A stretch of 64,000 nt of DNA from assembly GCF_001194135.2 (NCBI RefSeq), contig NC_069004.1, positions 20,191,029 through 20,255,028 on the forward strand, in the 5' to 3' direction. Of the stretch, positions 22,995 through 35,182 are shown in pieces (within the stretch, counting starts at the first letter, position 1; every line of letters starts with the position of its first letter). Both the position numbers and the translations under genes were made by a program. The stretch comes from Octopus bimaculoides. Taxonomy: Eukaryota. The notes beneath the pieces are model-generated. The model searched no databases and had not been told where the DNA came from. It saw only the letters and a program-made list of their open reading frames with translations.

Positions 22995-24232
22995 AAATGT
23001 ATGACCGAATTCACCAAAGAACTGTAAAAAATAAAATCCACATAGAATTTTTCTCTCTCCAATTTTAAACAAACATATTTACAGTTAAAAAATAAGAAAC
23101 TTTACAGAAAATGTGGAAGGAAGAAATTTATTGAAGAAAGATTAGTAGAAATAGCCATGCATTCCATCCTGTGAAATACAAAAATTAGTATCAGTAAGAC
23201 ACCAATATTAATTCAGTGAACTGAATCCTTTCCCCGAAAACAAAACAGAGCCTTGTCAATTAAGAAATAATTAAAAAAAAAGATCAATTTTGTTATATAA
23301 ATTTGAAATAATAGCAATAACTTCCACACTGTATTTAAAAATAGAATTACAAAAATTCTCATTGTTGGAATGTGAAACAACAAGTATACATTGTTTTAAC
23401 TAAGAGCTTACCCAACAATAGTGTTTTAGATTCCATATGGCTGTAATTTGGCTACTGTTTGGTATTTAGAAGATAACAAGTAAGTAGCAAGATAGATTAG
23501 GATACAAAGAACTGAGTCAGTCTAGTAGATGCATCATGTAAGAAAGATAATGTCAAAAGAAGTTTGAAAAGTAATATTTTAGGTTTGGTCATTCACCCGT
23601 CAGATAACAAACAACCAGAGATCATCCAAGTTCTATGATACAATTCTACTTTTTGCTATATCTCAGGAGTGGTGGTCAAGAATTTTGCAAACCAAATATT
23701 TTAATATTCCAAATTCCAGTATTATAATTTATTAGTTATTGTAGTAACCTTCCAAAATATTTTAGAAGTGAAATATATGGACAATAATGGTAATAAAAGG
23801 GACAAAATATGCTCAGGTTTTAGGAGCAAAATGAATCAGATTTTCCAAGTATCTGCAAAGATTACTAAATTTTTTGGAAGGTAATTCAAATTCTACTACA
23901 CAAAGTTCATTTTTAATTTCACTATTTACTCAATTTGGTCACCTTGAAAGAAAAATTTATGACAACCATATCTGGCAAACTTCAACAAAAGGAAAAAAAA
24001 AAAAACTTGAATATAGATGCACTCACGCACTACATATTAACATCCACTTTTCCAATATTTTTCTTTTAATTAAATTTTATTCAAACTACTACTATTTCTT
24101 AGCTACATTATATATGCTATCAGGTGAATGAAAAATTACTGTTTCTCACAAATTTTTGTGAGAATATATATTAAAATATATTCTTACAGAATATATTATA
24201 AATTTTAAAAAAATTACAAAAATACAGAATTA

Positions 24233-25922
24233 CAGCTCTTCATGGTAGTGAATGCAGACAACATTGGAATGTTCTTGGCAAACATGGATAGTATGAATTT
24301 TCCTGTCTTTTTTGGGGCCACACAAAGAACATCTTCCTTTTTGCTTTGGCTGAAGAATCTCAAACGAGGTTGAAGATCATCTTTTCTTGTTTGAGTAATG
24401 TTAGCAGAACTAGATTGTTTGTCATGTTCTTGTTTAGCATTAACTCTAGCAAGTTCCTTTCCTAACCGAATTAGGCAATTAGGGACTGTCTTCTTTTATC
24501 CTGGAAACTTTGAAGTGAAACTGTTTAGGAACAAGGAAAGCATTCACTGCACGTATATCAATCATGTTGTAGAATATAACCATAGGCCATCTTCAAGTCA
24601 TTCTTTTGCAAGTGTATGCCCTTACCATCTTATCTAGGGTATCTACTCCTCCTTTTCTTTTGTTATAACGTAATAACTTCAGGTTTATTTTCAGCACTTT
24701 TTGAATCAATTGAAGGCTGAGAGTGCATTATACTCATAAGTGTGAATACATCATTTTTCCTAGAACAAATAAGGTAGAATCATAGAATCCTTTTGAAATC
24801 CAAATATTGTGCTGTTTGATTTATGTTTCTTTTCCACTTGTGAAAGCACTTGGAAGTTCTACTCTGTTCTTTCTAATTGTTCCAACTAAAGTAGTTTTCT
24901 TGCTAAACAACTTTTGAGCCAATCCTAGACTTGTAAAAAAATTACCACAAGTTAAATTGTGACCAGTATTTTCAAGTTCTTTTACTAGGACTTCAACAAC
25001 TCTTGAACCTTGATTTGTCACTTTCCCTTTTATTGGGTCTTTTCCAGTGTAGACTTGCATTTTCCAAACATAAGATATTTCACTGTCACATATTGCTGAA
25101 ATTTTAATTCCATATTTCTCTGGTTTTGAAGGAATATATACCCAGAATGGGCAGCACCCTCTGAATGAAACTAATTGTTCATCAAGTGTCATGCTTGAAC
25201 TTGGAACATATCCATATTGCAAATTCTGATTCCACATTTCAAATACTTCTCATATGGGCTCCAATTTATCATCACTTCTCTTTTTTCTTATTGCACTAGC
25301 ATCATCAAAATGCAACACTTGTAAAATCTGTTGAAATCTTCCCCAGCTCATAATTTTGTTGAATATTGGACAGTCATTTTCTTGACTCCATAACTGTGAG
25401 ACATTTTCAGTTGAGATTTATAAACACCTATAAGAATAATCAGTCCAATAAATTTCTTCAGTTCAAAGTGATCAATTTCCTTCCATTTATCTTTTTAAAC
25501 AACCTGACCTTCAACATTTGTCCATTTATGAATTACTTCAAGAAGATTCTGGTGCATAAAGATAGTAAAACATGTTTCAATGCTATCACAAGATCTTTTA
25601 GCAAAACAGGATGGTTCACATTCTTGGCACAATATTGCAAGATGAAATTCTTACTGCTGCTTGAGTAAGAGGATTAGAATGTCAAACTTATTGTGTTTCT
25701 AGAACCATATTGCTCATTCATAATTGAGTGGCTTGCAGATAATTGTTTTTGAGTATCTTCATCATCTGATGACACAGAACCTAAACTATCCAGCACACAA
25801 TCACTTTCACCATCATCTTCACAGTAATAGAAGGAATCACTACTATCTTCTTCCTATTATTCATCTAATTCCAATAACCTTTTCAATATTTGGTCTTCAC
25901 TCAAGTTTTCATGTCTAGGCAT
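24233..25922 (-). mobile_element. piggyBac transposase relic (DDE_Tnp_1_7 / PGBD4-like), disrupted
   Basis: TLDEQLVSFRGCCPFWVYIPSKPEKYGIK...YTGK...NLTCGNFFTSLGLA...TTLVGTIRKNR. C-terminal Cys-rich remnant KGRCSLCGPKKDRK...VCQEHSNVVC. Probable start MPRHENLSEDQI at 25922. Multiple stops and frameshifts; TTAA/TIR ends not identified. Confidence 0.88.
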
Positions 25923-27380
25923 ATTGGAAAGCACAACTGAACTATATGAAACTTGATAGCAGACTAAAGGCAGATATTGCTCTCTCTCATATTTAAACCC
26001 TCCTGAAAGATGATGCAATATATTCTAAGAATTGCGTCATCACATAGAAATATTGCATCGCCCAATAAACAAGCAGATTGAAGGTGATGCAATACCACAC
26101 AAATTTACTGGAATATCTTCATAATTTTTCCTATTTTATCTAAAATTCAGCAAATAAATTCAATACAATTTTATCTATTTTATATCTGATAAATATTTAG
26201 GAAAATAATATTTGAGACTGCTTTTATTCTGTTTAGAATGACAAGAGTATTGTCCGGATTTAATTCGAGGGTCCAATAGACCAATACGGTAATTAATGTA
26301 TAAAGCAAAATTTTCTAGCTTTTATAAATATATGGAAAAGTTCCCATTTGACAAATAAAAGATAGTCAAGAAAAAAGAAGTTACAAGAAATCAGCAGAAT
26401 CAAATAATATAAACAGTAGGAAGAAGCAACTGAGAAAAACTGAAATGGGTCCATTGAACCCATTGGTAGAAAGAAGGTTAATGATGTAAAAGGTATAATT
26501 TGTCTGAAAGACAATGGTATTGTCAAGCAATCCCTAATGGACAAAGAGCACTAAAAGCTACTGACTGACTCGTGTACAAACCTGATAAAAGTGGAAACAC
26601 TTATACATGGTGCTGAAGTTAGCTATGTCAGTATCTTTCTGTAATGACTAACTTTCCCTTAACTTTTAACATTGATACATGCCTGGTAAAGAATTGAATT
26701 ATCTTTGATAAATGTGAAGAAGCATCTATTTTACAGAACATCAACACATGGGATTAGTACTACATACACCATAGTTGGACAAAAAACTGACATCAAATAT
26801 TGCAAGTCATAGAACTGTCAAGGAAAATTTCAGACATCTAAGCTGAACCAATAACCCTACAAAAAGATTAGGAACGCGCCAAACAATTATGCCAACAAGC
26901 AATCTTCAAGAGAAAATCTGCAATCATCAAAATTGCACATCAAATTAAGTCATACCAGAACAGAGAATTCTTCTGAGAAGATCATAAACAACACAAACTA
27001 TAATTGATGTGATAATGCTAATAAAATTGATATGGACATGTTGCCATAACACAAACAAGTGGGAACAGATGATGGGACAAACAATAGAAACGAGGGAAGA
27101 AATAAAACAACTGACAACAAAATTCAAAATTTTACCATCAATAATAAATGGTGGTAAAATATTTCCCCTTATTCGATTCTTAATACCTCTGCCAAAAGGA
27201 TACGAATCTCAGAAGATGCTCAGATAAGAAGTTTTGCCTTTTCAACCTCATTCATCTACTCTTCTATTTTTGTGCAGATCATAAACCCCTTATTAGTTCT
27301 TTTCATTATTCTGTCTATTTCATTACCATGTAAACATGTAAATATAGTTTCAATAGTTTCGTCTTCCTCGTTGTTGCCTT

Positions 27381-27544
27381 GTGGCAGTGTGGTAAGTAGT
27401 TTGCTTACCAACCACATGGTTCTGGGTTCAGTCCCACTGTGTGATACCTTGGGCAAGTGTCTTCTACTATAGCCTCGGGCCAACCAAAGCCTTGTGAGTG
27501 GATTTGGAAGACGGAAACTGAAAGAAGCCTGTCGCATGTATGTG

Positions 27545-27592
<48 letters not shown>

Positions 27593-27794
27593 TCCCCCAA
27601 CATCACTTGACAACCGATGCTGGTGTGTTTACGTCACTGTAACTTAGCAGTTTGGCAAAAGAGATCGATAGAATAAGTACTAGGCTTACAAAGAATAAGT
27701 CCTGGGGTCGATTTGCTTGACTAAAGGCGGTGCTCCAGGATGGCCACAGTCAAATGACTGAAACAAGTAAAAGAGTAAAAGAGAAAGTAAAAAG
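27381..27794 (+). mobile_element. tRNA-derived SINE (dominant family), near full length, internal (TA)n(TG)n
   Basis: A-box-like GTGGCAGTGTGG, B-box-like GGTTCAGTCCC, core GATACCTTGGGCAAGTGTCTTCTACTATAGCC, tail CAAATGACTGAAACAAGTAAAAGAGTAAAAGAG. Homologs at 41263, 51782, 39678 and 63305. Confidence 0.88.
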
Positions 27795-28411
27795 TTAGTT
27801 CACGCATACCCTTAACCGCCACATATTCATTTATTCAAGTTCATCACACAGTCATTTATTTCTTTAATTTTGTCTTAGATTGGCTGACCGAAAACTCTCA
27901 GATTTTTCAATTCTATTTTACTATTATCGACATTTGCTCTTTCGTTAAATTATGCTACCCAAATCCCAAAAGAATATTTTTTCTCCCTCGTGTTCTGACC
28001 ACCCTAACTCTGGCACCTCCATCTCTCTCTCTTTTGATTACCACTTGCTTCACCAAGACTTCCTCCACCACCCTATATAAACTAGCGCACACACTCGAAT
28101 TCCCCTACTCGATTTTTAATACCTCCACCGAAAGAATATGTATCCAGAAGATCCTCTTGTCTAAATTTGCGAGTTTGCAGTACCCGCCCCGCTACCTGTA
28201 CCAGAAGTTCCTATCCTCTGTAATCCTTTGGTTGTCTCCTATGAACACTTCTAAAGGCTTTACGCCATCCCCACCCCTAGTTAGGGTTTATCTCCTATGT
28301 AAGGTAGTGATCATATAGTGCATAAATATGATGGTGTAGTGTATGCAGGTTGAATTGAAGGTTATTGTTTGTTTATGAATTCTGCCAAATGCCAGCTTTC
28401 TTTTCAGGTAC

Positions 28412-31400
28412 ATGACACTGCTGTCCCCCGTGTCACGGGCTCACACCTCCCACACTCTCAACATCGGCATATTGAAAGGTAGGTCTGGTGAGATTGTTGA
28501 GATGCTTGAACGGAGATGTGTAGATTTGTGCTGCCTCCAAGAAGTAAGGTGGAGAGAAGGTTCTGTTAGGTTCCACACAGGTACAACATTTTCTGGGCAG
28601 GGAACACTGACGGGGCCGGGGGCGTGGGTATACTTCTTGCGGAGAAATGGGTTGATAAGGTAATCGAGGTAGTCAGAGTATATGACAGAATACTTAAGAT
28701 TAGATTAGTGCTTCATCATGGGTTAGCAACCATTATCTCAGCCTATGCCCCTAAGCCGGGGCTACTTGATGGACAGAATAATTTTATGATACCCTCTTGC
28801 AGACTACCTCGTTGACGAATGACAGGGACCTTCTCTTTGTGGCTGGTGACTTCAATGGACATATTGGACAACATACAGGGGGCTTTCAAGGCCTATCTGG
28901 AGGCTACAGTTATGGTTCCCACAATGAGGAGGGAACCAGGCTGCTGGAGTTCTGCGATGCAAATGATCTTATGGTTTGCAATACTAACTTCAAGAAACCT
29001 GCCAGTCACCTAGTCACCTACCGATCTGGTAGACACACTAGCCAAATTGACTACATCCTCACCAGAAAAAGGGAAATATGGCTGCTTATAAATGCCAAAA
29101 ACCTTCCCAGGCGAAGAATGTACCCCACAACATAGACTGATAGTTAGCGACTTCAGGATCAGGACAAAATGGATGCCCAAAAGATGACCAGCATAGAGGA
29201 GAAGGGTCTAGAAGCTTAAAGATCCTGCAAATGGACAGAGATTTAGAGACGTATTACTCGAAGCCTTTGACAAAATAGAAGGGGATATAGTTTCACATGA
29301 TGTGGAAGAAGACAACTAGAGGTTTCTACGGGACAACCTGCTGAGGGCCACTGACCAGATCTGTGGATAGTGCAAAGTCCCCTCTCGACCCAAAATAACA
29401 TGGTGCTAGAACAATGTTGTTGACAGGGCTATTAGACAAAAGAAACAGGCTTGGAAGGACAGGAAGAACGGTGGTAGCAGGGAATTGCATCAGACTGCCA
29501 GAAGGGAAGCTAAGACGACAGGTTTATTTAGCCAGAGGGGAAGCAGATAAGAAAAAATTTGCCAATGTTTTGCACCGTGAGGACCAAAGACTTGAGGTAT
29601 TTTGTGTTGCAAGACAGTGTGTGAGAGAGAAATGTGTCCGCATGGATGATGGTTCACTTGCACTAAATGAGGCTGCAAAGAGAGAGGTTTGGAGTTGCCA
29701 CCATGAAAGGTTGCTCAATAAAGAGAATGAATGAGAGAAAGAGTGTCTGCTGAATGTCGACCCAACAGAGGGACCAGCTATCCGAATTGACAGTACCTTG
29801 GTAGATAAAGCAATTAAGAGTATGAAGACAGGGAAAGCCCCCAGCCCATCAGGAATCACTGCAGAGATGCTCAAAATATCTAGCAATGTTGGCTATAGCC
29901 TAGTCACCCATATAGTTAACCAGGTGATATATGAAGTCAACTGCTACAAAGGTAAAGGTGACGCTTTAGACAAACAATCACATAGGTATCCAGTTGTTGG
30001 ATCAGGTAATGAAAGTCATGGAGAGGGTCATAGCCCAACTAATTAGGGAGAGAGTTTAGATTTGTGCCTGGGAAAAGCACCACTGATGCTATATTTCTGG
30101 TAAGACAGCTGCAGGAGAACTACCTAGCCACAGATAAACCTCTGTANNNNNNNNNNAGGAATCACTGCAGAGATGCTCAAAATATCTAGCAATGTTGGCT
30201 ATAGCCTAGTCACCCATATAGTTAACCAGGTGATATATGAAGTCAACTGCTACAAAGGTAAAGGTGACGCTTTAGACAAACAATCACATAGGTATCCAGT
30301 TGTTGGATCAGGTAATGAAAGTCATGGAGAGGGTCATAGCCCAACTAATTAGGGAGAGAGTTTAGATTTGTGCCTGGGAAAAGCACCACTGATGCTATAT
30401 TTCTGGTAAGACAGCTGCAGGAGAACTACCTAGCCACAGATAAACCTCTGTACCTGGCTTTCGTTGACATGGAGAAAGCCTTTGACAGGGGCCCTCGATC
30501 CCTTATCTGGTGGTCAATGAGGAAACTAGGGATAGATGAATGGTTAGTGAGAGCCATGTACAGGTACGCTATCAGTAAGATGAGGGTTGGCAACGAGTAC
30601 AGTGAGGAATTCCAGGTAGAGGCAGGGGTCCATCAAGGTTCAGTCCTCAGGCGCCTCTTATTTATCATAGTTCTCCAGGCAATAACAGAGGAATTCAAGA
30701 CAGGATGCCCCTGGGAGCTCCTCTATGCTGATGACCTTGCTCTAAATGCTGAGTCACTATCAGAACTAGAGAAGTTTAAGGTGTGGAAGCAAGGATTAGA
30801 ATCGAAGGGCCTTAGAGCCAGCCTAGCTAAGACCTCAGTCCTAATAAGTAGGAAGGCAGATAAACCACAAATCCCTTCAGGTAGATGGCCCTGCTCAATC
30901 TGTAGAAAAGGCGTAGGTAGAAACTCCACAAGATGTACCCAGTGTAAGCTATGGACACATAAGAGGTGCAGCAATATCAAAGGAAGGCTAATTGGGAAGA
31001 CAGTTTTTGTATGTGGCAGATGCTCAGGAGCAATAAATACTAAAAATGTGCAGAGAACAACTTCTACAACATTCCAGGGAGAAAAACTCGAAGTAGTTGA
31101 TNNNNNNNNNNNNNNNNNNNNNNNNNNNNNNNNNNNNNNNNNNNNNNNNNNNNNNNNNNNNNNNNNNNNNNNNNNNNNNNNNNNNNNNNNNNNNNGGGCT
31201 GAAAGTGTAGCTGCCAGAATAAGAATAGTCTGGTCACAGTTCAGAGAGCTCTTACCTCTGCTGGTGACAAAGGGCTTCTCACTCTGAGTAAAAGGTACAC
31301 TGTATGACGCATGTGCATGAATAGCCATACTATATGGCAGTGAAACATGGGCCGTGACTGCTGAGGACATGCATAAGCTTGCAAGGAATGAAGCCAGTAT

Positions 31401-32117
31401 GCTCCACTGGATGCCTAATGTCAGTGTGCATACTTGACAGAGTGTAAGTACCTTGAGAGAAAAGTTGGACCCAAGAAGCATCAGATGTGGTGTGCAAGAG
31501 AGATGACTGCGCTGTTATGGTCATGGGGCGAGAATGGATGAGGATAGCTGTGTGAAAAAGTGCCACACCCTAGCAGTTGAGGGAACCTGTGGATGAGGTA
31601 GTGAAGCATGACCTTCAAACATTAGACTTCACCGAGGCAATGACTAGTGACTTAGGAAATATGCTGTATTTGAGAAGACCTGGCAAGTCAAGTGAGACCA
31701 TAACCCGTGGCCCATGCTAGCGGTGTAGCCAGTCCACTTATGCATACCTTTCCTAACTGCCTGCGAAGACCTGTTGAGGCAGGTGAAATCAAAATCAAAT
31801 TCCATGACTCGCATCTGTGCTAGTGGAGTGCTAAGAGCACCATCCGAGCGTGATCATTGCCAGAGCAGCGGACTAGCTTCTCTGCTGGTAGCATGTAAAA
31901 AGCACCATTCAAGCATGATCGTTACCAAGACCGCCTTACTGGCACGTGAAAAAATATTCAAGCGAGGTCGTTGCCAGTGCCGTTGGACTGGCTCCTGTGC
32001 AGGTGGCACGTAAAAGCACCCACTACACTCTCAGAGTGGTTGGCATTAGGAAGGGCATCCAGCTGTAGAAACTCTGCCAGATCAGATTGGAGCCTGGTGC
32101 AACGATCTGGTTTGCCA
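28412..32117 (+). mobile_element. Near full-length RTE-clade LINE (APE endonuclease + RT + PHD-like insert + 3'UTR), disrupted; 5' leader may start ~27830
   Basis: APE motifs TLNIG...CCLQEVRW, ISAYAP, VAGDFNGHIG, NTNFKK...SQIDYIL. RT motifs MPGKSTTDAIF, AFVDMEKAFDR, GVHQGS, LLYADDL, GLRASLAKT. Stops, frameshifts and deletions present. 29851-30146 is duplicated across a 10-N gap. Confidence 0.93.
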
Positions 32118-32329
32118 CATTCGCATTCGCCTCTATTTTCATTAATGATAATCTAATAATAGCTGTATAACTTTGATATGAGACACAATTTGATTTTGTG
32201 TTGAATATATGCATGCTATTACACAAAATAACAAAATACCAATATAATTTTTTTTTTATGAAGTGATTTTGTTGGTATGGCTACTTGGAACGCTATAAGC
32301 CTTACAATAATAACTATGTGATCAGTGCT

Positions 32330-33409
32330 ATATCTAGCACACTAAAAAGATAGTTTTTAATGAGCTTTCATTTATATATAATATGCAAATGAAAAAGAAA
32401 ATTTAGCAGCAAAGGCACAACAGCAGAGAGAAAAACGGGCAACTGAATCAGATAAAACCAAGGCAAAGCGATCGAAACAGATGCTTGAATATACACAGAG
32501 TCATAGACATGATTCTGTTACTGCTACACATGACCAACTGGTTAGGGTATCTTGAGAGGAGAATATTCTACTTCAAAATAATGGTGTCAGATAACAAATT
32601 ATTGATGCAACACTAAAGAGATCTTTTCTTTGCAATCATGTTGAAGTAGTGGAGTTGACAACCAGTCTAAGACTTCTTACAGAAGGTCATTCTGATGAAA
32701 GAGAGTTTGCTAATTACTTTCTTGATGTAGGAAATGGTAACGTATCTGTTGAACAAAGCCTAGGTGAATTTAAAATCAAACTNNNNNNNNNNNNNNNNNN
32801 NNNNNNNNNNNNNNNNNNNNNNNNNNNNNNNNNNNNNNNNNNNNNNNNNNNNNNNNNNNNNNNNNNNNNNNNNNNNNNNNNNNNNNNNGGCTTGCAAATA
32901 GAACCATCGTTACTCCAACAAAAGAAACGGCACAATTTGTGAATAATTTCTGTTGACCAGGATCCCTGGTGAACTAAAAAATATACAGAAGCTCAGATAC
33001 AGTTGACAATGAAACACTGTGCCCAATCGAGTTCATCAACAAACTTACACCATCAGGGTTTCCACCACATTCTCAAACTGAAGAAAAAATGATGCATAAT
33101 GCTTCTGAGAAATTTAGATGCTACTAATGGACATTGCAATGGTACACACTACATCATTGTCAGTTTACATTATTATGTTATTGAGGCTGAGGTTGCTTCT
33201 TGTCCGTATGCAGGATCAACTCTGCTAATCCCAAGAATACCACATGCATCTCAAGAAATGGAATTTCCATTTACATGCAAACAATTTGTCAAGCCAGCTT
33301 TTGCCTTGACATGCAACAAGGCAACAGGGACAGACTTTTGAACAAATTGGAATATAACTTCCGACACAATTCTTCTCACATGGTCAGCTGTATGTTGCAT
33401 TATCTAGAG
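32330..33409 (+). mobile_element. Helitron Rep/helicase remnant (Pif1-like helicase C-terminus), internally deleted
   Basis: DEREFANYFLDVGNG; MLLRNLDATNGHCNGT...LLIPRIP...AFALTCNK; FSHGQLYVALSR. These are Pif1/Helitron helicase motifs. Confidence 0.85.
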
Positions 33410-34150
33410 CAGTGGTTCCCAACCTTTTTCAGTCCAGGGACCATTTTTTACTTGAAAAAATTTCTAGAGACCACTTCAACTTTTACTTTATGCTGCATAT
33501 CATAATCAATTTTAATGAACTCATTTAGCCTTAGTCTGATATTTCCTCTGCTGCTGACATTTAATTTATTTCTTTTTCTACTTAAAATATCTACAACAGC
33601 TGAAAATGCATATTCCATCATCCATGTGGTAGGGAAAGAAATGATGCTTGCTTCTACATGGCGAAAAATATTTGGGTGTGAGTTCTTTATCGATATGTAG
33701 GCAGACACCTCTTCTGACCCTTCTTCTTAGTTTCATATTTTCTTCAAATCCAACTTTTCAGCCAACTCAAAAATTTTATCTCCTGGAGTGGATACTCTAT
33801 CTTCAATAAATTATTGTATCTTCTCTCAAAGTCTACATGAAGACCTTTAAGATGGGCAATGCATTCTAATGTAGGAACAGTGGTGTTAAAATTTCGAAAT
33901 GATGCCAATTTTTTTTCAAACTGTTTTTTTCCAAAATTTTAATTTCCCCATATACCCATTTATCTTCTGAGAACAGGTGACCAAATCTGATTTTCTACAT
34001 TGCAGCTCTAAGTTAAGCAGATTCATTGTTTTAAAAAGATCACTCCAGTAGAATATTTTTGATTTAAACTCAGAAAGTCTTTCCAAAATTTTCTTAGCTT
34101 TATCAGCTTGCTCCTTGGAGTTGTAATGAGTCATCTGACTCGAGAACATG
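33410..34150 (-). mobile_element. hAT (Charlie/Buster-type) transposon terminus with transposase C-terminal remnant
   Basis: TIR CAGTGGTTCCCAACC at 33410, preceded by ATCTAGAG (NTCTAGAN target). Translations FPTTWMMEYAFSAVVDILSRKRNKL...RGNIRLRL and WSDLFKTMNLLNLELQ...GYMGKLKFWK. Confidence 0.8.
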
Positions 34151-34159
34151 AGAATGTCT

Positions 34160-34690
34160 GAGTAAAGAAGTATTGCTCAGGATATGTTCTTCTCTCACAT
34201 CAGAAAGCTCATTTAAGTTCACTAGATGGCTTGGAGCATTGTCTAAAAGGAACAATGCTTTGTTGGAATTATGTCATTTCTACAAAAGGTGAAAATGTAA
34301 ACCACTCTTCTTATCTGAATGCCAAATAAGAGTTAGATTAAATTGTGTAACCCTTGAAAGCCCATGGATTTTCAGTGATACATGAGCAGGGCTTTAATTT
34401 CATATCACCAGTGTCACTTCCTCAAAGATGAATCAGGCTTCTTTGAAGCTTTAAATTGTAGTGTTGATTTTTCTTCAAGAAATAAAACGTTCTAGCAGTG
34501 TATGATTCCAGAAAAGTGCAGCTTGTTTCAGCAATCATTTTCTTCAGCTGTTTAGCATAATTAGTAGCAGTATCTGTATCAACATAGAAAGTCTTGTCAT
34601 TGTGTGTTGTGCAAATTCAAGTACTGGTTAAACCTTTCAAACCAGCTTTCATCAGAAATCTAGTTGTAGAAAGTTAAATGACAAACATAT
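34160..34690 (-). mobile_element. Tigger/pogo (DDE_1) transposase fragment
   Basis: Minus-strand remnants SWFERFNQYLNLHN, GDMKLKP...ENPWAFKG and FLLDNAPSHL...NTSLL match the Tigger DDE_1 region. Confidence 0.7.
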
Positions 34691-35182
34691 TTAAGGAAAA
34701 AAGATATTGAGTAGGCTTGCTAACATTCTACACCAGATTACTGTTACATGTAATATTTATTTATTCATGCTTTGATTTAAGTATGCATTACCTTGTAGCT
34801 TTGAGATGTTGATGATGTGATTGCATATTTTAGAATGACATTGTAGGTAGGTGAGAGAGGCCAAATTCAGCCAGTTTGAACATAAAACAGGCAGACTATT
34901 TGGCCTGGATATAGCCAGTTTAAATGCTAAAGGGCTAGATTTGTAACATATAGCACTGTGTCTTCTTTTTTGTTCCCTAATGCTGGTATCACAATAAAAT
35001 GTATCCACTTCACTGTATAGAACTTGAGATGATAGGAAGGGAATCTAGCTGAAGAAACCAAAATGTGGTCCTCTGTTCCACTTGGGACAGCAGCAACTCA
35101 AAAATAAGAACCAACTCAGACTGTGAGGATTCAGAGGTAAAGTGATGGATAATACTGCTAATTTCTAAGTCTAATGAGTAAA

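Larger units (their letters stand above)
22524..23021 (-). other. 5'UTR portion of the first PRL coding exon (~498 nt) containing three uORFs
   Basis: First convincing acceptor upstream of the ATG is TTTTATTTTTTACAG (AG at 23023-23022). Higher GC than the flanks. uATGs at 22994, 22806 and 22742. Confidence 0.65.

Noticed and set aside
24143-24164. 10-bp palindrome TTCTCACAAA-TT-TTTGTGAGAA
   Set aside because: Isolated, AT-rich, loop too short, and not linked to a recognisable element end.
24233-25922. piggyBac as a domesticated PGBD gene
   Set aside because: Multiple stops, frameshifts and a damaged catalytic region. The longest ORF is only 138 aa.
27381-27450. tRNA-like A/B boxes as tRNA genes (also 41263, 51782, 63305)
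   Set aside because: No cloverleaf, and they continue into a shared SINE core and tail.
29851-30452. Exact 296-bp tandem duplication inside the RTE
   Set aside because: The copies are separated by a 10-N spacer, indicating an assembly overlap artefact rather than a biological duplication.
28412-32117. RTE copy as an active, intact LINE
   Set aside because: ORF broken into many short frames with stops and deletions, and the terminal tail is missing.
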